Shown piece after piece: positions 54,185 through 63,815 of a stretch of 64,000 bases of DNA. The stretch covers positions 75,895 to 139,894 of the forward strand of contig JACKDF010000002.1 in assembly GCA_020633655.1 (NCBI GenBank), given 5' to 3'. Source of the DNA: Deferribacteres bacterium (GTDB lineage Bacteria > Zhuqueibacterota > Zhuqueibacteria > Zhuqueibacterales > Geothermadaptataceae). How positions within the stretch are numbered: position 1 is the stretch's first letter; the number at the start of each line of letters is the position of its first letter. The position numbers were made by a program, and so were the translations under genes. The notes under the pieces were generated by a model. It did no database searches. It was not told the origin of the DNA and was given only the letters and a program-made list of their open reading frames with translations.

Positions 54185-55216
54185 ATGCGCAAATACTGGT
54201 TCTGCGTATTTCTTGTCGTCATTTCCTTTATTAACCAATGTTTTTCTCAAAATGCCACCGCCCGATTTTTACTGTGGCAGCCCTCAGCGCGTTCGATCGC
54301 TATGGGTGGCGCCGGTGTGGCACTGACTGACAACGCCTTCGCACCGTATTACAATCCCGCATTACTGGGCGTGCAAACGACCCATTACCAGGCAGCGGGG
54401 TCCTTTGGCCGGCCGTATCCGTTCATGCATAATACGGTTTATTCTTTTATGGGAGTCACGCTACCAATTCCCAATATCGGTGTACTGGCACTTTCGACAA
54501 ATCGTTATTGGATTGAACGCCAAGCGATTACAGGTGGTTATATACCAAGCCCAACAGGACTGACCGTGGAAGAAAATTCGTTTTTAAATCCTACACATTG
54601 GGATATAAAAATTGCATTTGGTACAGAACTAAATGATAACTTATCAATTGGTGGTTCTATGGCGTTGCAACGAATCAATTTCATGGAATATGGTAATAAA
54701 AAGCAGCATGCAAATGAATTACTGCTTGGTTTTGGAATTTTGTATCAAAATCTATTTCCACAATTGAGTTTTTTGATTGATGAAGCATTGCTAAAAGAAA
54801 AGAAAAATATCAAAAGAGGAATTCAACTTGGATTAGGAATGAACAATGTCGGACCTAAAATAAGTGTTATAGATCCACAAGACAATGACCATCCTCCGAC
54901 ATATGTAACTCTCGGATTTGCATATGCACCTTTATTTACTCCCCACTTCACTCTGTCCATTCTATCCGATTTTGAAAAACAATTTTTTAATGACGCAATA
55001 CTGGATTATATCCATTGGGGTCAGGAAGCGATTCTTTTCAGTGTATTAGCCTTCAGGGCTGGATACTTCATGGATACCTGCGAACCACATACATCTTACA
55101 AGACCATTGGAGCAGGATTGATTACAAAATATGCTTCGTTTAACATCGCCCGATATAATCGCAGTTTACAATCAACGTGGCATTTTGATATCACATTTGC
55201 AATGGAGTTAAAATGA
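54185..55216 (+). CDS. PorV/PorQ-like outer-membrane beta-barrel protein
   Basis: Signal peptide ending CFSQ. ARSIAMGGAGVALTDNAFAPYYNPALLG matches the G-RA-GMGGA--A--D---A--YNPA-L signature. Alternating amphipathic strands with an aromatic-rich C-terminus. ATG 54185 after GGAGGGA. Confidence 0.55.
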   Translation: MRKYWFCVFLVVISFINQCFSQNATARFLLWQPSARSIAMGGAGVALTDNAFAPYYNPALLGVQTTHYQAAGSFGRPYPFMHNTVYSFMGVTLPIPNIGVLALSTNRYWIERQAITGGYIPSPTGLTVEENSFLNPTHWDIKIAFGTELNDNLSIGGSMALQRINFMEYGNKKQHANELLLGFGILYQNLFPQLSFLIDEALLKEKKNIKRGIQLGLGMNNVGPKISVIDPQDNDHPPTYVTLGFAYAPLFTPHFTLSILSDFEKQFFNDAILDYIHWGQEAILFSVLAFRAGYFMDTCEPHTSYKTIGAGLITKYASFNIARYNRSLQSTWHFDITFAMELK

Positions 55217-55617
55217 AATCAAAACATTTTCTTCCCATAATAATCATGGTTTTGTCCTGCGTTTCAATTTCCTGTTCAGATGATATCTACAGCTCTGGCT
55301 ATATTAAAGATGGAAACGAACTTGAAGTAAAAGAAGACATCCCGTTCCGGCTCTCACAAAATAATCCAAATCCATTTACCATTGAGACTTATATCTCGTT
55401 TACTACCAATCAAAACATGCATTATAAATTGGAAGTATTTACGGAAGATTGGCAACGAGTCGCTTTACTATTAGATGATACGCTAAACACAGGCTCCCAC
55501 AGATGCAGGTTTGAGAGGCAAGGTGATAAAGGGAATGAATTACCAAGTGGCGACTATTACTATACATTATCAGCTAATGGAATTACACAAGTAAAAGCTA
55601 TGAAGCTGGTAAAATAG
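55213..55617 (+). CDS. Small lipoprotein consisting essentially of a T9SS-type C-terminal domain only
   Basis: Start overlaps the upstream stop (ATGA). Lipobox-like VLSC/ISC. QNNPNPFTIETYISF ... GDYYYTL ... KAMKLVK. About 35 aa lie between the signal and the sorting-domain homology. Confidence 0.6.
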   Translation: MKSKHFLPIIIMVLSCVSISCSDDIYSSGYIKDGNELEVKEDIPFRLSQNNPNPFTIETYISFTTNQNMHYKLEVFTEDWQRVALLLDDTLNTGSHRCRFERQGDKGNELPSGDYYYTLSANGITQVKAMKLVK

Positions 55618-55861
55618 CTATGCACGATCCATTGAAATTTGTCTCGCATTTCATTGACTCACAACTCTATTCTTAATAAGCATGCAAAAGACGGCTTAAT
55701 CTCTTTATTGGAGCATTGCGAGGATTCCAAAACATCACCCATCCTGCAATCCCGCCGTGCTCTATTTCCTTTCACCCCACCTGAAATCAGTTGCACTTTC
55801 CCATCAAAATAGATATTTTCTCTTAACTTCGGAACTGCTATTCGTTCATAGGAGAGAACCC

Positions 55862-57631
55862 ATGCCAAAGCGTTTCTTCTTTTTCTTATTTATAAATCTC
55901 ATTCTGGTAAATTGCCACATGGATAAACCGTACAAAGCTGAAATTCCCGCCAATTTTTCATTTATTCTCGATAATACTGATGAAGGTATCCGGGAAAAAT
56001 GGTATCAAACCCCGCCCGCGGAAAACCTGCGCACACCATTTTCTGCCGATCTGAAACAATTGTCTGAAAAAGGCGCCGGCTGGTATTTTACGGAATTCCA
56101 CATTCCACCTCTGCCGGATCCCAGACTGGTACTGGTTTTTGAATTGCTCGATGGTAAGGCAGAAATCTGGGTAAACGGACGATATGTGGGGCATGACCAG
56201 GGCGTGGGAAAAAAATTTGCGTTGAATATTTCCAGCGGTGCCCGTCAGGGATTAAACCAACTCACGTTGCGCATTCAAAAAAACGAAGTCCCGGGACAGA
56301 TTAACGGCAAAATTTATCTTGAACGCTATGATGAGAAGATCCATCATATCAAAGGCGACCTGCACCAGTCCCTTGCCCGCACCAGCGAGCCATGGGTAAA
56401 GAATGCAGTAATTTATGAAATATTTGTTCGCAGTTTTTCACCCGAAGGCACATTTAAAGGCGTTGAAAAACAACTGCCGCGTTTGAAAAAAATGGGTGTT
56501 TCGATCCTCTGGCTTATGCCAATTCATCCTGTTGGCATGAAGAATCGCAAGGGCAGGCTGGGTTCGCCCTATGCGGTGCAGGATTATTATGCTGTAAATC
56601 CACGATTCGGCACCATGGACGATTTTAAGGATTTGGTGAATGCAACGCATGAGCTTGGCATGCACATCGTTATCGATATGGTTGCCAATCACACAGCCTG
56701 GGATGGCCCCATGATTGAAAAGCACCCGGAATGGTGCAGCAAAAATTCCGAAGGCAAAATAACCCATCCCGAGGGTACCGATTGGACCGACGTCGCTGAT
56801 CTCAACTATGATGTGCCGGAGTTACGGCTCTACATGAGTGATATGCTCGCCTGGTGGGTGCGGGAAATGGATATCGACGGTTTCCGTTGCGACGTTGCGG
56901 AAATGGTGCCGCTGGATTTTTGGGAGGCGGTGCGCAGCGAACTGGATTTAATCAAACCCGTCTTCATGCTGGCCGAAGGGGCAAAACCGGAATTGCTGAT
57001 GCATGCCTTTGATATGACGTATTCCTGGACGGTTTTTCGTGCAGCCCGGCAGGTGTTTGAGCACGATTTCCCCGCGGATCGTCTGGTTTTTGCTGAGACC
57101 AGCGAACGCAACAAATTCCCGCAAAACAGCCTTATCATGCATTTTACCACCAATCATGATGAAAATGCCTGGCAAGCACCGGCGCCGGAGATGTACGGCG
57201 AACAGGGTATGAAAGCAGCAGCCGTCCTGACGTTCACTTTCCCAGGTGTGCCGCTCATTTACAACGGACAGGAAACCAGCAACGAAAAACGCTTGAAATT
57301 GTTCGAAGCTGTGAAAATTGACTGGTCGCGCGATCCTCAGCAAATGCGGGAGTTTTACACCGAGATGACGCAAATCCGGCAGAATTATGATGTCCTTCGT
57401 GAGGGTACGATTCACTATGTTGCCACAGGTGCCGAGAGCGATGTTGTTGCGTTCTACCGCATCCTCGATGTGCAAAAAATGCTGATAGTCGTCAACGTTC
57501 GCAACGAGACTGTGGCTTTCAGTTTACCAGAACAAAAACAGCAAATGCATGCCATTTCAGGAAATATGCAAACGGAGGGCAGTTCGTATTCTTTGCCGCC
57601 GTTCGGCTACTTTATTGCAGAGATCCGTTAG
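55862..57631 (+). CDS. GH13 alpha-amylase-family glycosidase with an N-terminal galactose-binding-like domain
   Basis: VIYEIFVRSFS, GMHIVIDMVANH, DGFRCDVAEMVP (nucleophile region), MLAEG, FTTNHDE. ATG 55862 after AGGAGA. Confidence 0.85.
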   Translation: MPKRFFFFLFINLILVNCHMDKPYKAEIPANFSFILDNTDEGIREKWYQTPPAENLRTPFSADLKQLSEKGAGWYFTEFHIPPLPDPRLVLVFELLDGKAEIWVNGRYVGHDQGVGKKFALNISSGARQGLNQLTLRIQKNEVPGQINGKIYLERYDEKIHHIKGDLHQSLARTSEPWVKNAVIYEIFVRSFSPEGTFKGVEKQLPRLKKMGVSILWLMPIHPVGMKNRKGRLGSPYAVQDYYAVNPRFGTMDDFKDLVNATHELGMHIVIDMVANHTAWDGPMIEKHPEWCSKNSEGKITHPEGTDWTDVADLNYDVPELRLYMSDMLAWWVREMDIDGFRCDVAEMVPLDFWEAVRSELDLIKPVFMLAEGAKPELLMHAFDMTYSWTVFRAARQVFEHDFPADRLVFAETSERNKFPQNSLIMHFTTNHDENAWQAPAPEMYGEQGMKAAAVLTFTFPGVPLIYNGQETSNEKRLKLFEAVKIDWSRDPQQMREFYTEMTQIRQNYDVLREGTIHYVATGAESDVVAFYRILDVQKMLIVVNVRNETVAFSLPEQKQQMHAISGNMQTEGSSYSLPPFGYFIAEIR

Positions 57632-57666
57632 TTCAATTGAAAAATTTATGAGAAGGAGAAAAGGCG

Positions 57667-59802
57667 ATGTCCTTTCACTATTTTTCCCCAAGATATTTTC
57701 GCATGATTATCTTTTTTCTTCTTATTCTGATTATTGGGTGTTCCGACATGAAAAAAGACATCAAACCGCCTGTTGCAGAGAAAATACCACAAGAACTTAC
57801 AATCCACAACGACACTCGAATCGATGATTATTTCTGGCTTAGCGACCGCGATAATCCAAAGGTTATCGACTATCTCGAAGCGGAAAATGCCTATACGGAA
57901 ACGATGCTTGGTCATACCAAAAAATTGCAGGAAAAATTATACGATGAAATTGTAGGTCGCATCAAACAGACGGATGAATCCGTGCCTTATCGCAAGAATG
58001 GTTTTTATTACTATAATCGCTATGAGGACGGAAAAGAATACCCGATCTATTGCCGCAAGCAGGGAACGATGGAAGCGGAAGAGCAGATCATGCTTGATGT
58101 TAATGAGATGGCGCAAGGTCATGATTATATTGCTGTTTCCGGGCGAAACGTGAGTCAGAATAACAAACTTGTTGCTTTTGGTGTCGATACGGTAAGCCGC
58201 AGGAGATACACAATCCATTTCAAAAACCTCGAAACCGGTGAAATTCTGGCTGATCGAATTCCAAACACAACAGGAAGTGTTGCATGGGCAAACGATAACG
58301 TAACAGTTTTTTATACCTTGAAAGACACGGTCACCCTGCGATCGTACAAAATTATGAAACACAAGTTGGGAACCAGTGCTGAGGACGACCGCATGGTTTT
58401 CCATGAGGCGGATGATACGTTTGACGCCCATGTGTGGAAATCAAAGTCCGGGCGATATATCATGATTGGATCGTTCCAAACCCTTTCGACGGAGTACCGA
58501 TTTGTGGATGCCGATCACCCCGAAAATGATTTTAAACTCATCCAGCCGCGTGAGAGAGATCTGGAGTATCATGCCATGGATTTCGGCGATCAATTTTATA
58601 TTCGCACAAATCGCGAGGCAAAAAATTTTAAATTAGTGAAAACCCCCATTAAAACACCGCGCAAAGAATACTGGCAGGATATCATCCCTCACCGTGCTGA
58701 TGTGCTCCTTGAAAATGTGGAGATTTTTAAAAATTATCTTGTTACCAAAGAACGTAAAAATGGCCTTCCGGAGCTGCGAATCATAAAATGGCAGGATTGG
58801 AGTGAGCATTATCTGGATTTTGGAGAAGCCACATATACCGCAAATATTTCTACAAATCCCGAATTTGACACCGACATTCTCCGTTACAGCTACAGTTCAC
58901 TCACAACGCCAAATTCAACTTTTGATTACGACATGGCATCGCGGGAAAAAACTTTGATGAAACAGCAGGAAGTCGTCGGTGATTTTTCAGCGGATAACTA
59001 TATTTCCGAGAGACTTTATGCCAAATCTCGTGATGGCGTGGAAGTGCCAATTTCTCTTGTGTACAGAAAAGACAGGAAAAAGGACACCGGAAATCCGCTG
59101 CTGCTCTATGGCTATGGTTCCTATGGTTATAGTGTGGAACCTTACTTCAACTCTGTGCGATTGAGCCTGCTCGATCGTGGTTTTATTTACGCAATGGCTC
59201 ATGTACGCGGTGGCGAAGAAATGGGGCGGCAGTGGTATGAAGACGGCAAACTTTTGAAAAAGAAAAACACCTTCAACGACTTTATTGATTGTGCTCAGCA
59301 CCTGATTCTTTTCGGGTATACCAACACGGACATGCTCTTCGCGCAGGGCGGGAGTGCCGGCGGTTTGCTTATGGGCGCAGTTGTCAATATGCGTCCGGAT
59401 TTGTGGAAAGGCGTTATAGCCGCAGTGCCATGGGTCGATGTGGTCACAACCATGCTGGATGACACCATTCCCTTGACAACCAGTGAATACGACGAATGGG
59501 GCAATCCGAACAACAAAGAGTATTACGATTACATGCTGTCGTACTCGCCTTACGATAATGTAGAAGCGAAAGATTATCCAGCCATGCTCGTCACTACGGG
59601 ATTGCATGACTCGCAAGTGCAGTATTTTGAGCCGACAAAATGGGTGGCAAAACTGCGTGCTATGAAAACGGATAATAATGTGCTGGTACTGGATTGTGAT
59701 ATGGGTTCCGGGCATGGGGGAGCATCGGGCCGCTTCAAACGCTATAAAAGAACCGCTCTTGAGTATGCGTTTATGTTTGATTTGCTTGGGATAAAACAAT
59801 AA
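57667..59802 (+). CDS. ptrB: Oligopeptidase B / protease II (prolyl oligopeptidase family S9A), lipoprotein signal
   Basis: DDYFWLSDRDNPKVIDYLEAENAYTE, GGSAGGLLMG (Ser), and C-terminal GHGG. Lipobox IIGCS. Confidence 0.8.
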   Translation: MSFHYFSPRYFRMIIFFLLILIIGCSDMKKDIKPPVAEKIPQELTIHNDTRIDDYFWLSDRDNPKVIDYLEAENAYTETMLGHTKKLQEKLYDEIVGRIKQTDESVPYRKNGFYYYNRYEDGKEYPIYCRKQGTMEAEEQIMLDVNEMAQGHDYIAVSGRNVSQNNKLVAFGVDTVSRRRYTIHFKNLETGEILADRIPNTTGSVAWANDNVTVFYTLKDTVTLRSYKIMKHKLGTSAEDDRMVFHEADDTFDAHVWKSKSGRYIMIGSFQTLSTEYRFVDADHPENDFKLIQPRERDLEYHAMDFGDQFYIRTNREAKNFKLVKTPIKTPRKEYWQDIIPHRADVLLENVEIFKNYLVTKERKNGLPELRIIKWQDWSEHYLDFGEATYTANISTNPEFDTDILRYSYSSLTTPNSTFDYDMASREKTLMKQQEVVGDFSADNYISERLYAKSRDGVEVPISLVYRKDRKKDTGNPLLLYGYGSYGYSVEPYFNSVRLSLLDRGFIYAMAHVRGGEEMGRQWYEDGKLLKKKNTFNDFIDCAQHLILFGYTNTDMLFAQGGSAGGLLMGAVVNMRPDLWKGVIAAVPWVDVVTTMLDDTIPLTTSEYDEWGNPNNKEYYDYMLSYSPYDNVEAKDYPAMLVTTGLHDSQVQYFEPTKWVAKLRAMKTDNNVLVLDCDMGSGHGGASGRFKRYKRTALEYAFMFDLLGIKQ

Positions 59803-59843
59803 GTAGTAAAAATTCTTTGGTGCATGGATTCTTTGATATTTAA

Positions 59844-59926
59844 CATGCTTTATTCATACAATGCTCAAGTTGAAAGATGGGCAGGGGATATCCCATGCCC
59901 AATCTCGTGGTTTATGAATAAACCAG
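59844..59926 (+). repeat. Palindromic intergenic repeat family A, copy 5
   Basis: catgctttattcat...gatgggcaggggatatcccatgcccaatctcgtggtttatgaataaaccagg. Confidence 0.85.
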
Positions 59927-60039
59927 GTTAAATGAAGTGAAGAAGTGCTGTCCGCAGTGTTGCAGTGAATTTGTGAAACACGGGATAGACTATAACACTG
60001 TGGGTAGCCTAAATAAATTCAAATGAGGAGAGAGAGCTA

Positions 60040-62247
60040 ATGGCGAAAAACAAAACTGTATGGGTGGTTGGTTTATTTTTGTTGACATCTTGTCTATTCT
60101 TTTTACCACAAACTCATGCCCAGGTCAGGGGACAAAAATTATATGATCTGCTGAGTAATCGTAGAAAAATGAGTACTCTGGTGAAATTCGACGGCATTCG
60201 AAGCGTGTGGTGGGCACCGGATGGTGTATCTTATATTGCTTTTGAAGACAGTACATTCAAGCGTGTCGATGCCGCAAGTGGTGAAAAAACGGATTACTTT
60301 GACGACACACAAATAATCGAACAATACAATCTGATTACGGGGGAAGATACACAAAAATTACCCTTCACTGAATTCTCCTTTGTTCATGAAAATTCAAAAA
60401 TCCAGTTTACAAATAAAAACCGGGCATTCTTTTATGATTTGAAATCCGGCGAATTGAAAGCATTTTTAAGAGAACGGCCTATTCAAGGCGTACGCGGGCA
60501 TGTCTACTATGAAGTGTACTCCAATGATTTGCAAAACCGGGCCTATACCCGCGATTACAATTTGTACTACAAAGATACGCACGATGTCGAACACGTATTG
60601 ACAACCGGTGGTCATGAAGATTTGCGCAAAGGATTTCCGGATTGGGTTTATCCGGAGGAACTGGATCAGTACGAGGCATTCTGGTGGTCGCCTAACTCGG
60701 ATAAAATTGCATACATGCAATTTGATGAAAGTCCGGTGTTTAAATACCCCATCGTCCATGATATCGAGCCAAAGCCGGAACTCGAGATGGAGAGTTACCC
60801 AAAGGCTGGGGAGAACAATCCCATCATTAAATTCTTCATCGTCGATATCAAAACGGGGAAAACGATCGAGGTTGATACTGGTGATTTGATCGACGTTTAT
60901 CTCATGCGCGGCCAATGGTCGAGCGATGGCAAGGAATTTTACTACCAGCGACTGAATCGCCTGCAAAACAAACTCGAACTTTTTGCTGCCAATCCCGAAA
61001 CCGGTAAATCGCGACTTATTTTTACAGAAACCGAAGATTGCTACATCAATCTTGATTATGACATGCGTTTCATTAGAAATGGCACGCAATTTTTATGGAC
61101 CTCAGAGAAGAGTGGTTTCAAAGAAATCTACCTTTACGATATTTCGGGCAAACTTGTAAAGCAATTGACAAAACACAAGCTGCCGGTTAATGAAATAGTC
61201 GGTGTCGATGAAGAGAATGGTTGGGTTTATTTCACGGGCTTTGAGAACCGGGGCCTTGAAAGTCATCTTTATCGTGTTCAGTTGAATGGCAAAGATTTTA
61301 CGAGATTAACCAAAGAAGCAGGCAGTCACCGAATTGATCTATCGCCAGGTGGCAAGTTTTACACGGATTCTTTTTCTTCCTTTGAATCTCCTGCGCAAGT
61401 CGCTATTTATAGTGGTGAAGGCACACTAATCCGCGTTATCGGAGAAACAACGGTGAGTGATGAATTTACCGCACTCAATTTGCAAAAACCGGAACATGTC
61501 GTTTTCAAAGCTGCCGATGGTACAACCGAACTTGACGGTATGATTTACAAACCAGCGCATTTCGATCCCAATAAAAAATACCCGTTAATTATGTCGGTTT
61601 ACGGTGGTCCCGGGTCGCGGATGATTCGCGATATGTACATGATGAACAGTCGTTCACAAACTCTGGCACAACTTGGTTTTATCGTGATGAGTATCGATCA
61701 TCGTGGTGTGTCACAGCGTGGCAAGGCTTTTGAGACACAAATGTACATGAAATTAGGGCAGATCGAAGTCGATGACCATGCTCAGGCTGTGAAGTGGATA
61801 AGCCAGCGCCCCTATGTCGACTCTACCCGAGTCGGGATTTATGGCCACTCCTACGGCGGTTATCTCACTGTCATGGCTTTGCTCAAAAAACCGGATGTCT
61901 TTCACGTTGGTGTTTCCGGCGCGCCGGTGACCGACTGGCGAAATTATGATACGATTTACACCGAACGCTACATGCGCCGACCTAAGGACAATCCTGATGG
62001 TTACGAGAAAAACTCGGCCATGAATTTCGTCGATGGACTTAAGGGCAAACTATCCATTCATCATGGCGCCGTGGATGATAATGTTCATCCGGGCAATTCA
62101 GTGCAATTGCTTTATGCGCTACTCAAGAAAAACAAAAAGTTTGATTTCATGCTTTATCCGGAACAAAGACACGGCATTCGATTCCCGCGCTACTACGAAG
62201 CGATTGTTGAGTATTTCGTTGAACATTTGAAGCCGGAAGTGTTATAG
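60040..62247 (+). CDS. Dipeptidyl-peptidase IV family serine peptidase (S9B)
   Basis: DPP-IV N-terminal propeller motifs (DWVYPEEL, WWSPNSDKIAYMQFDES), GHSYGGYLT (Ser), and C-terminal HGAVDDNVH. Confidence 0.85.
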   Translation: MAKNKTVWVVGLFLLTSCLFFLPQTHAQVRGQKLYDLLSNRRKMSTLVKFDGIRSVWWAPDGVSYIAFEDSTFKRVDAASGEKTDYFDDTQIIEQYNLITGEDTQKLPFTEFSFVHENSKIQFTNKNRAFFYDLKSGELKAFLRERPIQGVRGHVYYEVYSNDLQNRAYTRDYNLYYKDTHDVEHVLTTGGHEDLRKGFPDWVYPEELDQYEAFWWSPNSDKIAYMQFDESPVFKYPIVHDIEPKPELEMESYPKAGENNPIIKFFIVDIKTGKTIEVDTGDLIDVYLMRGQWSSDGKEFYYQRLNRLQNKLELFAANPETGKSRLIFTETEDCYINLDYDMRFIRNGTQFLWTSEKSGFKEIYLYDISGKLVKQLTKHKLPVNEIVGVDEENGWVYFTGFENRGLESHLYRVQLNGKDFTRLTKEAGSHRIDLSPGGKFYTDSFSSFESPAQVAIYSGEGTLIRVIGETTVSDEFTALNLQKPEHVVFKAADGTTELDGMIYKPAHFDPNKKYPLIMSVYGGPGSRMIRDMYMMNSRSQTLAQLGFIVMSIDHRGVSQRGKAFETQMYMKLGQIEVDDHAQAVKWISQRPYVDSTRVGIYGHSYGGYLTVMALLKKPDVFHVGVSGAPVTDWRNYDTIYTERYMRRPKDNPDGYEKNSAMNFVDGLKGKLSIHHGAVDDNVHPGNSVQLLYALLKKNKKFDFMLYPEQRHGIRFPRYYEAIVEYFVEHLKPEVL

Positions 62248-62336
62248 ATTTTGATCTCGGACCACGAAACACATTAACCACACGAAAATTTTCGTGCATA
62301 TAGCGTGTTTCGTGGTTCCAATATAGTCCTCACTCC

Positions 62337-63779
62337 ATGAATTTATCCTCAACCAATTTAACCCCGAATATCCTCTGCATCAATCCATGGATTGTCGATT
62401 TTGCAGCCTATGATTTTTGGAGCAAGCCGCTGGGATTGCTCTACATTGCGGCACTTTTACGGCACCGAGGGTTGCATGTTGATTTTATCGATTGCCTCGA
62501 CCGCTGGCATCCTGCACTTTTGCATTTACAGGGCAGAAATAATCCAAAACGAAGAAAAGGCGGCATCGGCCCTTTTCATCGCGAAGTGATCGAGAAACCG
62601 GATTGCCTGCAGTTTATGCCAAGGAACTATGCACGATACGGATTGCCGGAAAAGATTTTTATTTCAGATTTAAAAAATCGCCCTCGTCCGAAGGTGATTT
62701 TAGTAACCTCGATCATGACGTATTGGTATCCCGGTGTTAAACGTGTGGTGGAATTATGTCGGGAAATCCATCCCGGTGTACCCATTGTGCTGGGTGGAAT
62801 TTATTCAACGCTTATGCCGGACCACGCACGTCGGGTGATCCAGCCTGATATGTTGATACCGGGACATGATGCAACCGAGTTGCTTCGTTTACTCGCTCAG
62901 TTATTTCAATTGCCTGAATTAGAATCGAATCCACCTGCAACATTGGACGATTATCCTTATCCGGCTTTCGATTTGTTGAATGGTTTGAATTATATCGTTT
63001 TAATGGCCACACGCGGTTGTCCCCTGACATGTTCTTTTTGCGCTACACATCAATTGAGTGGGTATGCGCTGCGTGATCCACAATCTGTTGTTCGCGAAAT
63101 GCTTTCACAATCGCAAAGGTATGCAACACCGCATATCGCCTTTTATGATGATGCCTTGTTGATGCAACCTGAAATTCATATCAAACCAATCCTGCGCCAG
63201 CTTGCATATAAAAAATCTACACTGCAATTACATACCCCCAATGGGCTGCACGCCCGCTTCATCGATGAAGAGCTGGCAGAACTGATGTATCGCACAAATT
63301 TTCGTACGATTCGCTTAAGTCTGGAGTCCGTTGTCAAAGAACGCTTGCGTGATATCCATAACAAAATAACACCGGGCGAAATGACAACAGCCGTACAAAA
63401 TCTCGTTCGCGCCGGTTATTCAGCTCACGAGGTCGAAACGTATATCATTATGGCATTGCCAGGTCAGAAAGTCAAAGAAGTGGTGGAAACGATTTGTTAT
63501 GCTCATAGTCTTGGCGTGCGTATTCGTTTGAGTGCATACAGCCCGATCCCCGGAACATTGGATTATGACCGCGCAATTGCCAATGGACTTTTCCCAGAAA
63601 ATGCAGATCCGTTGCTGACGAATAATTCTATCGTGCCCTTGTACAGGACAAAAGAAGCCTATCTGCGCTATCAAAACTTAAGTCGATTTACACATTGGTT
63701 AAATGAAAAAGCAGGGAAAAAGGAGCGAATAACAGAAGCAGAGGCGAAAGGGATTTACTGGAATCGATACGCGCTTTGA
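62337..63779 (+). CDS. B12-binding-domain radical SAM protein
   Basis: N-terminal Rossmann-like B12-binding region (LCINPWIVDFAAYDFWSKPLGLLYIAALLR). CPLTCSFC = the CxxxCxxC radical SAM cluster motif. Confidence 0.75.
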   Translation: MNLSSTNLTPNILCINPWIVDFAAYDFWSKPLGLLYIAALLRHRGLHVDFIDCLDRWHPALLHLQGRNNPKRRKGGIGPFHREVIEKPDCLQFMPRNYARYGLPEKIFISDLKNRPRPKVILVTSIMTYWYPGVKRVVELCREIHPGVPIVLGGIYSTLMPDHARRVIQPDMLIPGHDATELLRLLAQLFQLPELESNPPATLDDYPYPAFDLLNGLNYIVLMATRGCPLTCSFCATHQLSGYALRDPQSVVREMLSQSQRYATPHIAFYDDALLMQPEIHIKPILRQLAYKKSTLQLHTPNGLHARFIDEELAELMYRTNFRTIRLSLESVVKERLRDIHNKITPGEMTTAVQNLVRAGYSAHEVETYIIMALPGQKVKEVVETICYAHSLGVRIRLSAYSPIPGTLDYDRAIANGLFPENADPLLTNNSIVPLYRTKEAYLRYQNLSRFTHWLNEKAGKKERITEAEAKGIYWNRYAL

Positions 63780-63815
63780 AAATATTGTAAAAAGAGAGCG
63801 AGGGCATAGTTCTGA

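Noticed and set aside
71-55861. N-terminal extensions given by the ORF track (starts at 71, 2672, 5656, 7643, 24070, 51408, 54110, 55757)
   Set aside because: In each case a downstream ATG is the better start: several are preceded by a purine-rich RBS, and all coincide with the start of the homologous region, a paralogue's start or a signal peptide. The extensions overlap upstream genes or repeat elements.
58987-59799. 270-aa ORF on the - strand
   Set aside because: It is antisense inside the oligopeptidase B gene, which has clear S9A motifs. I recognised no motifs of its own.
14975-59926. Family A palindromic repeats as a CRISPR array
   Set aside because: The copies are 1.3-24 kb apart, separated by genes, internally palindromic and imperfect. 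There is no regular repeat-spacer organisation and there are no cas genes.
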